A stretch of DNA of 64,000 nucleotides. Origin: a virus. The notes below the pieces were generated by a model. It did not search any database. It had not been told where the DNA came from and saw only the letters and a program-made list of their open reading frames with translations. The stretch is from the IMG/VR virus record IMGVR_UViG_3300048592_000244, positions 1-64,000 of that record; one strand, given 5' to 3'. A program made the translations under genes and the position numbers. Positions 8,330-18,302 of the stretch are shown piece after piece. Numbering within the stretch: the first letter of the stretch is position 1; each line of letters opens with the position of its first letter.

Positions 8330-11309
8330 TCTCTGGTCCCAGACAGACATCCAAAAGTCGTGTGAGAAATGCGGCTTGGCAGCAAGGTGTGCAAAGGCCG
8401 CCCCCACCATGTTCCCATCGGTGGGGGCGGACGCGCCCCAGATCATGGTGGTGCTCCCGTACCTTGAAGACTACGACGTAGCCTGCCGCAGAATTTCCCT
8501 CGACACACCGGAGAACCGCGCACTGCACCAGATGGGTGTGAACGTCGGCCTACCGGCTGACTGGTTGCAGTCGATGACACGGGTAGCCGTGGCTGTGAAG
8601 TGCCCCGGCAAGTTCACCAACAAGCAGCAGAAAATCTGCCGCGACTTCCTGCTGGCGGAAATTGCCCACTACCGACCGAAGCTGGTCATCACTGTGGGCA
8701 AGCAGGCAACGCAGGCACTACTTGGCCGCGCTGACGGGATACCGGGGCGCGGTCGTGTGTTCAGACTGGATGAGGAAATTGGCCTTGCTGTGAAGTCCAC
8801 GGACGGAGGGTCTGTTTCCCTGACTGGTTTGCAGGAAATTCGGGTCATGCGTATCCAGAGACCGGGTGTGTGTCTGGACGACCCCGGCTTTATGGAGTAC
8901 CTCCACCATGACTTCACCAAGATACCGCGTGTACTCAACGGCACGTTCGCAGAGAAGACCAGCTTCGAGGGCAGGAACTACCACCTGTGCATGGACTTCG
9001 CCTTCGCCAAGCAGGCGCTTGAGTATTTCATGCAGGTTCCGTCACTCAGCTTTGACATCGAGACTGGCCCCGGCCAGTACGGCTTGGAGCCTTACTCAGC
9101 CAAGAGCAAAATCCTTTGCATCGCGTTTGCTGACCGTCAGCGGAACTCGTATTGCATTCCTCTCGATCACAAGGACAGCCCCCTCCGAGAGCATCTACCG
9201 GAGCTTGTACCACTTATCCGCGACGTCTTGACGCGTAAAGAGTGCGAGATCAATGCCCACAACGGGAAGTTCGATACCCGGTGGGTGAAATTGAAGTACG
9301 GCTTCGACACAGCACTGACCGATGACACGATGATTATGCACGGCGTGCTGGACGAGAACAAAGAGCACGCTCTCAAGACACTGGCTGAACTCGACACTGA
9401 CCTTGGCTACTACGACGACGAACTCCTCGAATGCTTCCGTGACGAGAAGGGGAAATTAGTCAGCAAGTTCAAGCGTGACTACGAGGCGCACGTTCCGCTG
9501 GAAACTCTCATGCGGTATTGCTGCGCCGACGCCGACGCCGCTGAGGTGCTCAAGTGGGTATATAAGGAAAGGCTTGAGCAGCAGTACCTCTGGACGTACT
9601 ACCGCGAACACAAGATGCCGGACCTGCTGGAGACGTCGTACACCGAGCAACACGGCATAGCGTTTGACCGGAAACATCGAGATGAAGTAGAAGCAAAAGC
9701 GAAGACCCGGCTGGCGGAAATTTCCACAGCCATCGCTGACGACCCTTGGCTCCATCATTGGCGTGTGCAGCGATCAGCGGAATATGAGGCCGAAGGCCGG
9801 GTCTTCCTTCATCTCGACACCATCTGGTCGAGCTACCAAGCCTACCTGCGCAATGACACCCCGTTATTTTCCATCGCCCATCAGGCTGACTGGCACAACG
9901 GTGCCAGCACCAAGGCGCTGACGGACAACAAAATCCTGCGCAAGATGAAGGGCAAGCTGGAGCCGTACAAGTCGAAGGTCTACACGCTGGAAGGCGACGA
10001 CGGCATCACGCTGAACATGAACTCGTCGAAGCAGTTGCAGACCTTCTTGTACGACTCGCGGTTCCTCAACCTCAAGGTCACGAAGACGACGAAGAAGGGC
10101 GGGGCACCGGCGACCGACAAGAATTTCCTCAAGCTGCACGAGGATAAATTCCCCGTGCTCAAGAACCTGCTGGCGTACAAGTCAGTCATCAAGTGGAAGT
10201 CCACCTACCTCGATCCGTTCGTCTGCGGCGAATACTACGACGAGGAAAAGAACGAGACCCGCATTGGCTACATCAAGGAAGACGGGCTCATTCACCCGGA
10301 GTACCTGCTCACCGGCAATGACAAGGGCATGGACAAGAAGGGTGACGCACGCGGCACCAAGACCGGCAGAAAATCCTGCATCAACCCGAACATCCAGAAT
10401 CAGAAGAAGCGCGGTGAGGGTGCCAAGGACATCTACAAGTATTTCATCTCCCGCTGGCGTGACGACGGCGGTCTGATTCTACAGGCCGACTTCTCGCAGC
10501 TTGAGTTGCGTGTCTTCGCCGCCATCGCCGGTGTCCGGTGGATGATCGAGAAGTACCAGCAGGGCGCTGACTTGCACACCGAGATGGGCATGGAGGCTTT
10601 CCGCAAGTCGCGGGAAGAAGTCTTGGCCAACGGGAAATTGCTGCGTGCTGCTGCGAAGGAATTGTGGTTCGGCCCGATCTACGGTGAAGGCTGGAAGGCG
10701 ATCAAAGAAGTGCTGGAGCAGAAGCACAAGATCAAGATGACAGACGAGGAAGCCAAGGCGCTCATGGATAGCATGTACGCCAAGATGCCTGAGTACCAGC
10801 AGTACAAGGCAGGCTACGAGCAACTCCTCGACAAACACGCTGCTGTGTGGACTCCGTTCGGTCGCCGCCGCTACCTGCCGATGTGGTTCTCCCGCGAGAA
10901 GTGGATGAAGGCACGCGCCGGTCGTCAGGCTGGTAATTTCATCATCCAGTCCACCGGCTCTGACATGACGTCGTGGGCTTGGGTGATCCTGAACAGGTGG
11001 GCACGCGAGAACGGCGTCCAGTCCAAGCTCATCATCAGCGTGCATGACTCGCTGGTCTGGGACGTGTACCCCGGTGAGCGGGAAATCATCGCAGCCGTGA
11101 CCCGGTACGTGATGGAGCATCTGCCGTTCAGCTTCGTTAGGAACTGGCCGGTGCCGATCCTCGCTGACATCGAGTACGGTGACGCCGGTGGTTCGTGGGG
11201 CGATATGGAGGAAATTGAGCGTGGTGTGATCGACCAGCATGAAGGTCAGATCATCACGCTGCCGCAGTACCAGAGTGTTGTCGCAACGTGTGATAGGATG
11301 ATTGCATGA
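8292..11309 (+). CDS. polA: DNA polymerase family A with N-terminal UDG family-4-like domain and 3'-5' exonuclease
   Basis: Exo motifs SFDIETG, HNGKFD, YCCADAD; TGRKSCINPNIQN; motif A QADFSQLELRV, motif B RAAAKELWFGPIYG, motif C VHDS; N-terminal CxxC...VKCP...C...RPKLVITVG UDG4 fold signature. Confidence 0.95.
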   Translation: MPSTKVQVATATDLWSQTDIQKSCEKCGLAARCAKAAPTMFPSVGADAPQIMVVLPYLEDYDVACRRISLDTPENRALHQMGVNVGLPADWLQSMTRVAVAVKCPGKFTNKQQKICRDFLLAEIAHYRPKLVITVGKQATQALLGRADGIPGRGRVFRLDEEIGLAVKSTDGGSVSLTGLQEIRVMRIQRPGVCLDDPGFMEYLHHDFTKIPRVLNGTFAEKTSFEGRNYHLCMDFAFAKQALEYFMQVPSLSFDIETGPGQYGLEPYSAKSKILCIAFADRQRNSYCIPLDHKDSPLREHLPELVPLIRDVLTRKECEINAHNGKFDTRWVKLKYGFDTALTDDTMIMHGVLDENKEHALKTLAELDTDLGYYDDELLECFRDEKGKLVSKFKRDYEAHVPLETLMRYCCADADAAEVLKWVYKERLEQQYLWTYYREHKMPDLLETSYTEQHGIAFDRKHRDEVEAKAKTRLAEISTAIADDPWLHHWRVQRSAEYEAEGRVFLHLDTIWSSYQAYLRNDTPLFSIAHQADWHNGASTKALTDNKILRKMKGKLEPYKSKVYTLEGDDGITLNMNSSKQLQTFLYDSRFLNLKVTKTTKKGGAPATDKNFLKLHEDKFPVLKNLLAYKSVIKWKSTYLDPFVCGEYYDEEKNETRIGYIKEDGLIHPEYLLTGNDKGMDKKGDARGTKTGRKSCINPNIQNQKKRGEGAKDIYKYFISRWRDDGGLILQADFSQLELRVFAAIAGVRWMIEKYQQGADLHTEMGMEAFRKSREEVLANGKLLRAAAKELWFGPIYGEGWKAIKEVLEQKHKIKMTDEEAKALMDSMYAKMPEYQQYKAGYEQLLDKHAAVWTPFGRRRYLPMWFSREKWMKARAGRQAGNFIIQSTGSDMTSWAWVILNRWARENGVQSKLIISVHDSLVWDVYPGEREIIAAVTRYVMEHLPFSFVRNWPVPILADIEYGDAGGSWGDMEEIERGVIDQHEGQIITLPQYQSVVATCDRMIA

Positions 11310-11818
11310 AAGCTGACCTGAATCCTGAGAGGAAGGTGACGGTGCTCGATGTAGAGGAGCACCGTTACATCTTTGATCTCACCAACATCGTGTCGGAAAA
11401 TGTGGTAGGCTCCGAGGCCGCACTGCGTGAAGCATCCCAGATGCTCGCCACTGTGGTCACGCTCAAGCCCATCGTGGATTCCGAGTACGCCAAGACCAGC
11501 GGAAAAACTTACGCCCTATTCTGGGACGAGGGCACGGTCAACATCGTTCCGGGGAAAAAGAAAACGAAGGAGGACTACGCCCACTGGAAACACACGCAGC
11601 CGGAGTATGTTGCGGCGCTCAAGGCCAGAGACTATATTGCCTCGCTGACCGACAAGCTGACGTACAACTACATCCCGCGACTGCGAGACCTAACCGACAG
11701 CACGAAGTCAGCCGAAAGAAATGCAAGGGCGGGTGAGAACGCCCAGCCAGCATTGCCAAGGGTTCCGGTATCGCCGCCTGCCCCGTTCGGGCCGCCGACG
11801 TCACCGGGCGCAAGATAA
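11306..11818 (+). CDS. hypothetical protein (possible replication/recombination mediator)
   Basis: 170-aa ORF overlapping pol stop (ATGA), between pol and SSB; function is positional inference only. Confidence 0.65.
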   Translation: MKADLNPERKVTVLDVEEHRYIFDLTNIVSENVVGSEAALREASQMLATVVTLKPIVDSEYAKTSGKTYALFWDEGTVNIVPGKKKTKEDYAHWKHTQPEYVAALKARDYIASLTDKLTYNYIPRLRDLTDSTKSAERNARAGENAQPALPRVPVSPPAPFGPPTSPGAR

Positions 11819-11830
11819 GGAGATTGGAAA

Positions 11831-13321
11831 ATGTCAGGATACCCGCAGCAAAATGTCCCGGCGTGGTTGCAGGGGCACCAGAAGCAGAGCCAAGACAACG
11901 AGGAAGGTGGCGGCCTCGAAGGCGTGACTCCGCCAGCAATGAAGTTCAAGGAAGGCGACAGTCACTTCCGCCTGATGCCACCGGCAGAAGCTATCCCGGC
12001 TGCGCTCGCCGCTGCCCGCGCCGGGCAGTCAGCCGACTGGTCGGGCGGTGGCATGTCCCCGGTCTGCCGCATGAAGGTGTATTTTCCTTCATGGTCTGAC
12101 GGTGCCTCCAAGGGAATTTCCCTGTTCGGCAACAAGGCTGTGGTAAGCCCGTCCACGGTGTTCCCGAATGAGGCCGGGCCGATCTACGGCAACGACCCGG
12201 CAGCCGAGTGGCTGGAGAAGGAAGGCATCCGTTACATGAAGACGGATGATCTCAAGAAGAACCCGATGCTCGCTGCATTCCGTGAAGCTCTGTCGTACAA
12301 GGACCGCACGGTGTTGCAGCTTGTGAACCTCGGGCTGTCGCAGAATGGTGGACCGATTTACCTCCAGCCCGGACAGGGCAACGTGGAGACGTACTTCGTC
12401 TACGCCAATGACTTCGACAGCAAGTGGACACGCCCGCTGTTCACTGAGGTGATCGAGCGCGGTCGCCATCCGTTCGACCCCGGCTGGTACGGCATCCACT
12501 TCGGTATCTACCGCAAGGGCACCGACCGCAACACGGAGTACAGCAATCTCCGTGGTCTGTTCGGTGCGCCCTACGGTGACGCCGCGCAAAGCTACGGCTA
12601 TGCCATGTGCGTTGATTTCCAGACGGGCCAACCGAACTGGCAGGAAATCGAACGCCTGCTGGCACAGGTCAAGCCGTGGAAGCAGGTCATGCACATCGCC
12701 ACCGTGGAGGAGGTGAAGGAAAATCTCGAACGAGTGATCGCCACGATCCACGAGAAGTTCGCCCCCGCGCAGTCGTCAGTGCCGCAGATGCCGGGAGGAA
12801 ATTACGCGGCCCCTCCGTCGTCCGGGTTGCCGCCATCATCCCCGGCGATGCCCGGTGGAGGACCGGCTGTACCTCCGCCTCCGGGCGGCGTGCAGTATCC
12901 TCCGCAGGCGGGTGCCCCACAGGGTCCGCCGCAGGCACCGCCCAGCGCACCACCGGCACCACCGGCACCACCGGCTCCGCCAGCAGGACCGCCGTCCGGG
13001 CCGCCACAGGGTCAGCCGTCTGGTCCTCCAGCGCCCGGTGGCTACGCCCCGCCAGCAGGACCACCGCAGCAACCGCAATATCCGCAGCAGGCACCACCGG
13101 CAGGTCCGCCGCAGTACGGACAGCCGCCGCAGTATCCGGGCTCGACGGTGCCGAACACGCCGCCGAACACTCCGCCGCTGTCAGCGCCACCGCAGGGTAT
13201 GAACCCGGCAGGCGTGCAGGGAGCAGCACAGGGGGCGGCACCACCGGCTCCGCCTGCACCACCGGCTCCGCCGTCTCAGCCGGGCGGTCCTCCTGTTCCG
13301 CCTCCGCCCCCGACGCGTTGA
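11831..13321 (+). CDS. gp32-like single-stranded DNA-binding protein with long Pro-rich tail
   Basis: KFKEGDSHFRLMPP and FDPGWYGIHFGIYRKGTDRNTEY resemble gp32-like SSB motifs; located next to pol. Confidence 0.65.
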   Translation: MSGYPQQNVPAWLQGHQKQSQDNEEGGGLEGVTPPAMKFKEGDSHFRLMPPAEAIPAALAAARAGQSADWSGGGMSPVCRMKVYFPSWSDGASKGISLFGNKAVVSPSTVFPNEAGPIYGNDPAAEWLEKEGIRYMKTDDLKKNPMLAAFREALSYKDRTVLQLVNLGLSQNGGPIYLQPGQGNVETYFVYANDFDSKWTRPLFTEVIERGRHPFDPGWYGIHFGIYRKGTDRNTEYSNLRGLFGAPYGDAAQSYGYAMCVDFQTGQPNWQEIERLLAQVKPWKQVMHIATVEEVKENLERVIATIHEKFAPAQSSVPQMPGGNYAAPPSSGLPPSSPAMPGGGPAVPPPPGGVQYPPQAGAPQGPPQAPPSAPPAPPAPPAPPAGPPSGPPQGQPSGPPAPGGYAPPAGPPQQPQYPQQAPPAGPPQYGQPPQYPGSTVPNTPPNTPPLSAPPQGMNPAGVQGAAQGAAPPAPPAPPAPPSQPGGPPVPPPPPTR

Positions 13322-13392
13322 GCATCGGGTGATGGACTTGTATCGTGGGTGCGGTCTGATAAAGGCCGCACCCTTTGCGGAGCAGCGGGAAA

Positions 13393-14034
13393 ATGACAGA
13401 CGCCGTGGTTAGAAACTGGTCCGACTTGAACGATGATGAAAAAGCCATCATCAAGCTGCTGTACGTCAATGGCGTCCATTCGCTTGCTCAGGTAGCTCGC
13501 ATCTGGAACCTGAACTACAACGGGCTGAACCAGATATGCTACAAGAAGGGATGGACGAAGGAAAAAGAGCAGTGTGAAACTTCGGTCCAGCAGAACTGGC
13601 TGGCGCATACGAAGTTCATGCAGCGCGTAACCCAGATGATGGAAATTATTCATCAGGGCTACGAAGACCTGATGATGCGCCACCAGCTTGCTGACTCGTT
13701 CGATCAATTTCCTTTCGAGACCTACTTCACCTTCTTGGAGACGTACTCCAAGCTGGTGACTTCGCTCGGCGGCGTGAAGCCTGTGTCGCAGGATACGCAC
13801 CTGTACTTGCAGCAGAACAACTTGCAGCAGAACAACCTGAACATGGGCAACCAGAACGACGTGCTCGACAGTCCGGCTGTAGCCAGCATCACCAACAAGG
13901 ACGCCAAGGTGATGTTGAGGAAGGTGATCGAGAACATTGTGCTGCACACCAAGCCGCCACAGCCGCAGGAGATTCCGGCACAGATTGTGGCACCGGAAAA
14001 TGAGCCTGACCCAGCGCGAGGGAAATTCAGATGA
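13393..14034 (+). CDS. HTH protein, possible terminase small subunit
   Basis: IKLLYVNGVHSLAQVARIWNLNYNGLNQICYKKGW resembles the N-terminal HTH of TerS proteins; helical middle and QNN-rich segment. Confidence 0.45.
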   Translation: MTDAVVRNWSDLNDDEKAIIKLLYVNGVHSLAQVARIWNLNYNGLNQICYKKGWTKEKEQCETSVQQNWLAHTKFMQRVTQMMEIIHQGYEDLMMRHQLADSFDQFPFETYFTFLETYSKLVTSLGGVKPVSQDTHLYLQQNNLQQNNLNMGNQNDVLDSPAVASITNKDAKVMLRKVIENIVLHTKPPQPQEIPAQIVAPENEPDPARGKFR

Positions 14035-14393
14035 AGGTGACAATCGAAGTGCTTGGTGACACGCAGGAAAACGATCTTGCCGTGCTTGAGGAACTCGTCA
14101 GTTTCAGGGGTTTTGACGACATCCTGCCCGGCGATGGATTCGTGCTGGAGGAGAAGGAAGGGCAGCCGCCGCGCATCGCCTATCTGAATCGACGTCTGTT
14201 TCGACCAAGCCCGAAATTTCACAAGCTCATCTTTGAGGTGGGCGAGCCACAGAGACCGACCGTCAAGCTGGACCCGCAGGCATTGCGGGCTGAGTTGCAG
14301 GAATTCGTGATCCGCAAGAGCGCAGCATTCGCTCGACCGGAGATCGCCGCGAAGGAATTGACCGACTTCTTTACTAAATTCATTGGGAGATAG
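14031..14393 (+). CDS. hypothetical protein
   Basis: ATGA overlap with upstream gene. Confidence 0.65.
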   Translation: MKVTIEVLGDTQENDLAVLEELVSFRGFDDILPGDGFVLEEKEGQPPRIAYLNRRLFRPSPKFHKLIFEVGEPQRPTVKLDPQALRAELQEFVIRKSAAFARPEIAAKELTDFFTKFIGR

Positions 14394-14394
14394 C

Positions 14395-15282
14395 GTGCCG
14401 TTCAACATGCGCTTAGAGGAAATTGCGCCGAGCAAGACCGACGCGTTCCCCGACCACGAGTTCAAACACAAGTTCGTGATCGTAGACGACAACGAAAAAC
14501 CGACAGGGCAGGAGTGGATCGCCGGGCAGGCGTTCGACTGGCAGAAGGAGTTGCTACCGGCCAAGCCGGACAGTGATTGGTTCGCCTTCATCAAGGACAT
14601 CAACTCCCTGATCGACGATGCCAAGCATTTCCGCGAGAACGAAATTCCCCGCCTCCAGAAGAAGGAGGAGGCGCTGGCGAAGAAGGTAGAAGACTTGAGC
14701 TTCCACCTTGAGGTTCGCAAGAAGGAATTGGGCACGGCGCTCAACCGGAATACCCGCAACCGCTCGGCCTACTACACGCTGCGTGACTACGAGGCGCGGT
14801 TCAACCTGCTGCATGGGCTGGCGCAACTCACACAGGTGCAGTCCCAGATCATCGACCTGATAACCGCCTGCATTATCCGCCGCGTACAGGCTCGGATGCG
14901 CTGGCTGGTGCCATTGTTCTGCAAGGTCGGAATGCGCAAGCCTGACGGACCCATCGAGAAGCTGAACGAGATGGTGGATGAGGAGCCGTACTTCGAGATG
15001 TACGTCTGGCACCCGTTCACTGACGACCTCGGCAACATCATGGAGGACTACCTCGACATTGACGCCATGCGTGACTACCCGCTGATTCTCCAGCAGGTGA
15101 TGGACCCGGTGAAGTACCGGACGCTCGTGAAGGAAAAGCAGAAGCAGGCACAGCAGGCCGCCGAGCGCAAGGCGCGTGGAGACGACGGCAAGGTCATCAT
15201 CGCCAGCGAACAGGACGAGCGTAACATCGCCGACTTCCACAAGAAATTCGGAGACCAGCTTGGCGGATTGGGAAAGAAATGA
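14395..15282 (+). CDS. hypothetical coiled-coil protein
   Basis: GTG start after GGGAG; in frame with ORF 14383..15282. Confidence 0.7.
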   Translation: MPFNMRLEEIAPSKTDAFPDHEFKHKFVIVDDNEKPTGQEWIAGQAFDWQKELLPAKPDSDWFAFIKDINSLIDDAKHFRENEIPRLQKKEEALAKKVEDLSFHLEVRKKELGTALNRNTRNRSAYYTLRDYEARFNLLHGLAQLTQVQSQIIDLITACIIRRVQARMRWLVPLFCKVGMRKPDGPIEKLNEMVDEEPYFEMYVWHPFTDDLGNIMEDYLDIDAMRDYPLILQQVMDPVKYRTLVKEKQKQAQQAAERKARGDDGKVIIASEQDERNIADFHKKFGDQLGGLGKK

Positions 15283-15463
15283 TGACGACACGTACACCTT
15301 CTATGGGTACGGGCGTGTCATTCAAGACAAGCAGTTGCAGGGGATGCTGGCCGACCTTGTGGCCGGTGTGCCTATCAAGCAGGTAGCAAAAGAACGACGT
15401 CTACCGCCGAAGGCAGTGAAGGAAATCTGGGATTTCTTTTACGAGAAGATGATGGATGAGTGA
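15260..15463 (+). CDS. small HTH-like protein
   Basis: TTG start after GGAGACCAGC; GVPIKQVAKERRLPPKAVKEI is HTH-like. Confidence 0.5.
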   Translation: MADWERNDDDTYTFYGYGRVIQDKQLQGMLADLVAGVPIKQVAKERRLPPKAVKEIWDFFYEKMMDE

Positions 15464-16223
15464 ACGCTACCCACGTCTGAGGATGTCAGTGTTGATCGAG
15501 GACCGCGTGACAGGACGAGCGGTCCTCCGGTCTATTCACCTGACCCCGCAGCAACTCGACGCCTACAAGGCGAACGTGTTTGTCGCTGCGGCCCGGACGT
15601 TGACAGCGAGTTTGATAACGCAGGAGGAATTTCTGTCCTTCTTGGAGAAGGCTGACCCCCTGTGGAAGAATATCCTGCTGGAAGTACCAGTGGGTAAACG
15701 TGGTGTGTCCGCGACCGGCGACATGCTGGCATACCGCTACTGTGACAAGGAGGTTGGAATGTTCAATGAAGTGTTTCACCGCCAGTGCTTGACCAAGTTC
15801 GGCGGAGACCCGGAGCATCATCTCCGTTCTCCGTACTTCTTGGTGGAAATTCCCATCAACCACTACAACGAGAAGCAGGGTGAGCTTCTGGTGGTGGCGA
15901 CGGGCGACCCCGAGAACATCGACAAGCTGGTGATCCATCAGACGATCAGCGGCGTGGTCAACCACGACACGATGATGGCGCTGTCAGAGGCCATTCTCAC
16001 CGGCAAGTTGGCGCTGCCGGGCGAAGGTCAGATTTACGGCAAGTACACGCTCGACTGGCTCAAGAGTCAGGGCTGGGTGTCCTCGAAGGACAAGGCGCTG
16101 ACGCTGCGGGAAAAAGCACGAGCCGATGCCCGTATGCTGATCGAGGAGGAGCGCAAGCGCAAAGACGCGCTCAAGCCCAAGGTGCCGACGAACGTGGCGT
16201 CCACCGCAGCCGGGGCTCGGTAA
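15456..16223 (+). CDS. hypothetical protein
   Basis: 255-aa ORF, coupled to neighbours. Confidence 0.7.
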   Translation: MSERYPRLRMSVLIEDRVTGRAVLRSIHLTPQQLDAYKANVFVAAARTLTASLITQEEFLSFLEKADPLWKNILLEVPVGKRGVSATGDMLAYRYCDKEVGMFNEVFHRQCLTKFGGDPEHHLRSPYFLVEIPINHYNEKQGELLVVATGDPENIDKLVIHQTISGVVNHDTMMALSEAILTGKLALPGEGQIYGKYTLDWLKSQGWVSSKDKALTLREKARADARMLIEEERKRKDALKPKVPTNVASTAAGAR

Positions 16224-16723
16224 TGGGTCTCGCCGCACGCTACCTGTCTACGCTGCCTGTGACGGTCGTAGTCGAGGTGAAGTACAACCACATGCTGCCG
16301 CTGTGGTATTTCTGCATGGTCAAGTTCGGGACGAAATTCCGCGAGACTGTCATTGCCATCAGGCAGGGCTTGGTGTCGTTGAAGATTCATCCTGACCGGC
16401 CAGCATCACCGGCGTCGGCACACCTCGTGCGTGAGGAAAAGAAGCTAGGGCGCAAAGACTGGATCGGTCACATGACCAACCCGGACACGATGGTGTTCTG
16501 TCGTGTGATTGCGGAGCACTTCACGCTGGAGTCGCTGGATGAAATCCGGTGCCCGTACCTCAGTGTACGGGGCGACACGTACCGACGTCCTATCGGTGGT
16601 GGCTTGCTCACCAGTGCCCAGCACGCTAGTCTGCCGGACCTGTACCAAAGCGTGTTCGACAACATGGAAGTGCCGGTCCTGATATTTTCCGACGCAGCAG
16701 CGGAGTGGTTTGATGCCGCTTGA
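16223..16723 (+). CDS. hypothetical protein
   Basis: TAATG coupling with upstream gene. Confidence 0.65.
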   Translation: MGLAARYLSTLPVTVVVEVKYNHMLPLWYFCMVKFGTKFRETVIAIRQGLVSLKIHPDRPASPASAHLVREEKKLGRKDWIGHMTNPDTMVFCRVIAEHFTLESLDEIRCPYLSVRGDTYRRPIGGGLLTSAQHASLPDLYQSVFDNMEVPVLIFSDAAAEWFDAA

Positions 16724-17297
16724 ATACATCTGGTTTTGGCAGCCACGAGCAGACAACCCTCACTGCCGCTACGGCGAGCCGGGAGGGTTGGTGGTTGGCA
16801 AGATCATCAGTGCGGCCACCAAGACAGACATCAACATCGAAGTCACGCACAGCGTCCATCCTCGATTTCCTGTCGGGTCGAAGTGCAGACGCTGCCGTAT
16901 GAAAACCAGAGACATCATCATGGTTGATGGTGTACCGACCGACCGACAGACAAAGAAGGAAATCATGCCGAGCGAACCCGCAGGAAAAGAAGTGGCGTCT
17001 GAGGGAAATGAAGACGCCAGTTTCAACCCGAACAAGTATTCCGTCTACAAGACCCGCGACCTCGACAACCAGACCGCTGATGAAGTCCGCAACGCCTTCG
17101 TCCTGCTGCCGGAAAAAGACCCCGCTGCGCTACAGGCGTTGCGCTCATACGCCGCACTGTGCAAGTCGCCCAGCTACCAGAAGGAATTGGTGGAGTGGAT
17201 CAAGCGCATCGAGCGTGAAATCGTCCCACAGTGGCAAAAGGGAGAGCACCTCGGTAGCATGGGCCGCATCAACGCAGGCATCGACAAACTCGTCTAG
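16713..17297 (+). CDS. hypothetical phage protein
   Basis: GGAG RBS; C-terminal FVLLPEKDPAALQALRSYA motif typical of small phage proteins. Confidence 0.65.
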   Translation: MPLEYIWFWQPRADNPHCRYGEPGGLVVGKIISAATKTDINIEVTHSVHPRFPVGSKCRRCRMKTRDIIMVDGVPTDRQTKKEIMPSEPAGKEVASEGNEDASFNPNKYSVYKTRDLDNQTADEVRNAFVLLPEKDPAALQALRSYAALCKSPSYQKELVEWIKRIEREIVPQWQKGEHLGSMGRINAGIDKLV

Positions 17298-17303
17298 GAA
17301 GAA

Positions 17304-17906
17304 ATGGCCAGTACGCGGCAACCGAGTTGCAAGTTGTTGGCGATGCAGGCCGACAAGCTATTCCCTGCGGAGGAGCAACCGCTGCCGGAATGCGTGCTGT
17401 GCCACCTCGCTCGATCTGACGGAAATTTATTCTACTGCGGCATGGTCGAGCGGATGAAGGGCCGGTACATCAACCGCCCGTCGCTGACCGACCGCGAAGT
17501 GAAGCTACACCGTGGTGTGATTGTAGACGGCAACGCCATACCCGCTGGCACCGTGCTCAAGATCGTGGGCGGCAAAGCCTCTGATCGAGTCTGGTGCCGG
17601 AGACTGATGGGCAGGGCCACGCCGAAGCCATTCCTTGTAGCTAAGGACGCTCTCGACTTCGGTGAGGAGATCATCGTCGTAGACTTTGAGGGCAAGCTGG
17701 AACAGGTGTTTGTCCACGCTCTCCAGATCGGTAGTCTGCTGTTCCCGCTCAGGGGGCATGGCAATGAGATCGCCGTGGTCATGCAGATTGCCGGGGAATG
17801 GGTTGCTGGCAACGAGGCCGCCAGCTATATAGGAGGGGCGGTTACGAAGCTCCGGCTGCCTGTGTGGCTGGCGCGTGAAAAGGGCCTCTACCCCGTTCGT
17901 AGATAA
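17304..17906 (+). CDS. hypothetical protein
   Basis: 200-aa ORF, AGGAAG RBS. Confidence 0.6.
   Translation: MASTRQPSCKLLAMQADKLFPAEEQPLPECVLCHLARSDGNLFYCGMVERMKGRYINRPSLTDREVKLHRGVIVDGNAIPAGTVLKIVGGKASDRVWCRRLMGRATPKPFLVAKDALDFGEEIIVVDFEGKLEQVFVHALQIGSLLFPLRGHGNEIAVVMQIAGEWVAGNEAASYIGGAVTKLRLPVWLAREKGLYPVRR
17898..17905 (+). promoter_or_regulatory. CGTAGATA box, candidate phage late promoter (first of at least 9 copies)
   Basis: (C/T)GTAGATA also at 18698, 21712, 23471, 37260, 39970, 44652, 44910, 50985, all + strand at gene boundaries. Confidence 0.6.
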
Positions 17907-17943
17907 AGCGTAACCGGAAACCAAACGCAGGGAGGAAATAACC

Positions 17944-18246
17944 GTGCCTGACATCAACATCGACGAGAACGCCAGCAAGGCGACCAAAGAGAACGGCATC
18001 CCGAACACCAACGAGGCGCTGACCAACGACGACGACCAGCACGAGGCCGCTGTGAAGCAGAGCGCCGTGAAGATGCTGGAGAACAAGTTGAAAGGCGAGA
18101 AGCCGGACTGGCCGGATGATAAGGTCAAGACCATTGCCCTCGCGGCTTTCAACCGCGCCATCAAGAAGGACGGCGGCAAGGCCAGCAACGAAGGCAACGC
18201 CGAAGAACGCCCGCCCCAGACCAAGCCGGGCATGGGCGGCGAGTAG
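17944..18246 (+). CDS. small hypothetical protein, probable paralog of 37296..37646
   Basis: GGAGG RBS, GTG start; shared motifs with the 37296 protein. Confidence 0.75.
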   Translation: MPDINIDENASKATKENGIPNTNEALTNDDDQHEAAVKQSAVKMLENKLKGEKPDWPDDKVKTIALAAFNRAIKKDGGKASNEGNAEERPPQTKPGMGGE

Positions 18247-18270
18247 TAGCAAAACAACCTCTGCGTTACT

Positions 18271-18302
18271 CAGGTCGTGCCTTGTTGGGCACGACCTGTT
18301 TT
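18271..18302 (+). terminator. Rho-independent terminator
   Basis: CAGGTCGTGCC/GGCACGACCTG stem plus TTTT. Confidence 0.75.

Noticed and set aside
12800-13320. CCG/GCA-rich repetitive DNA
   Set aside because: Explained by Pro/Ala codons in a disordered tail
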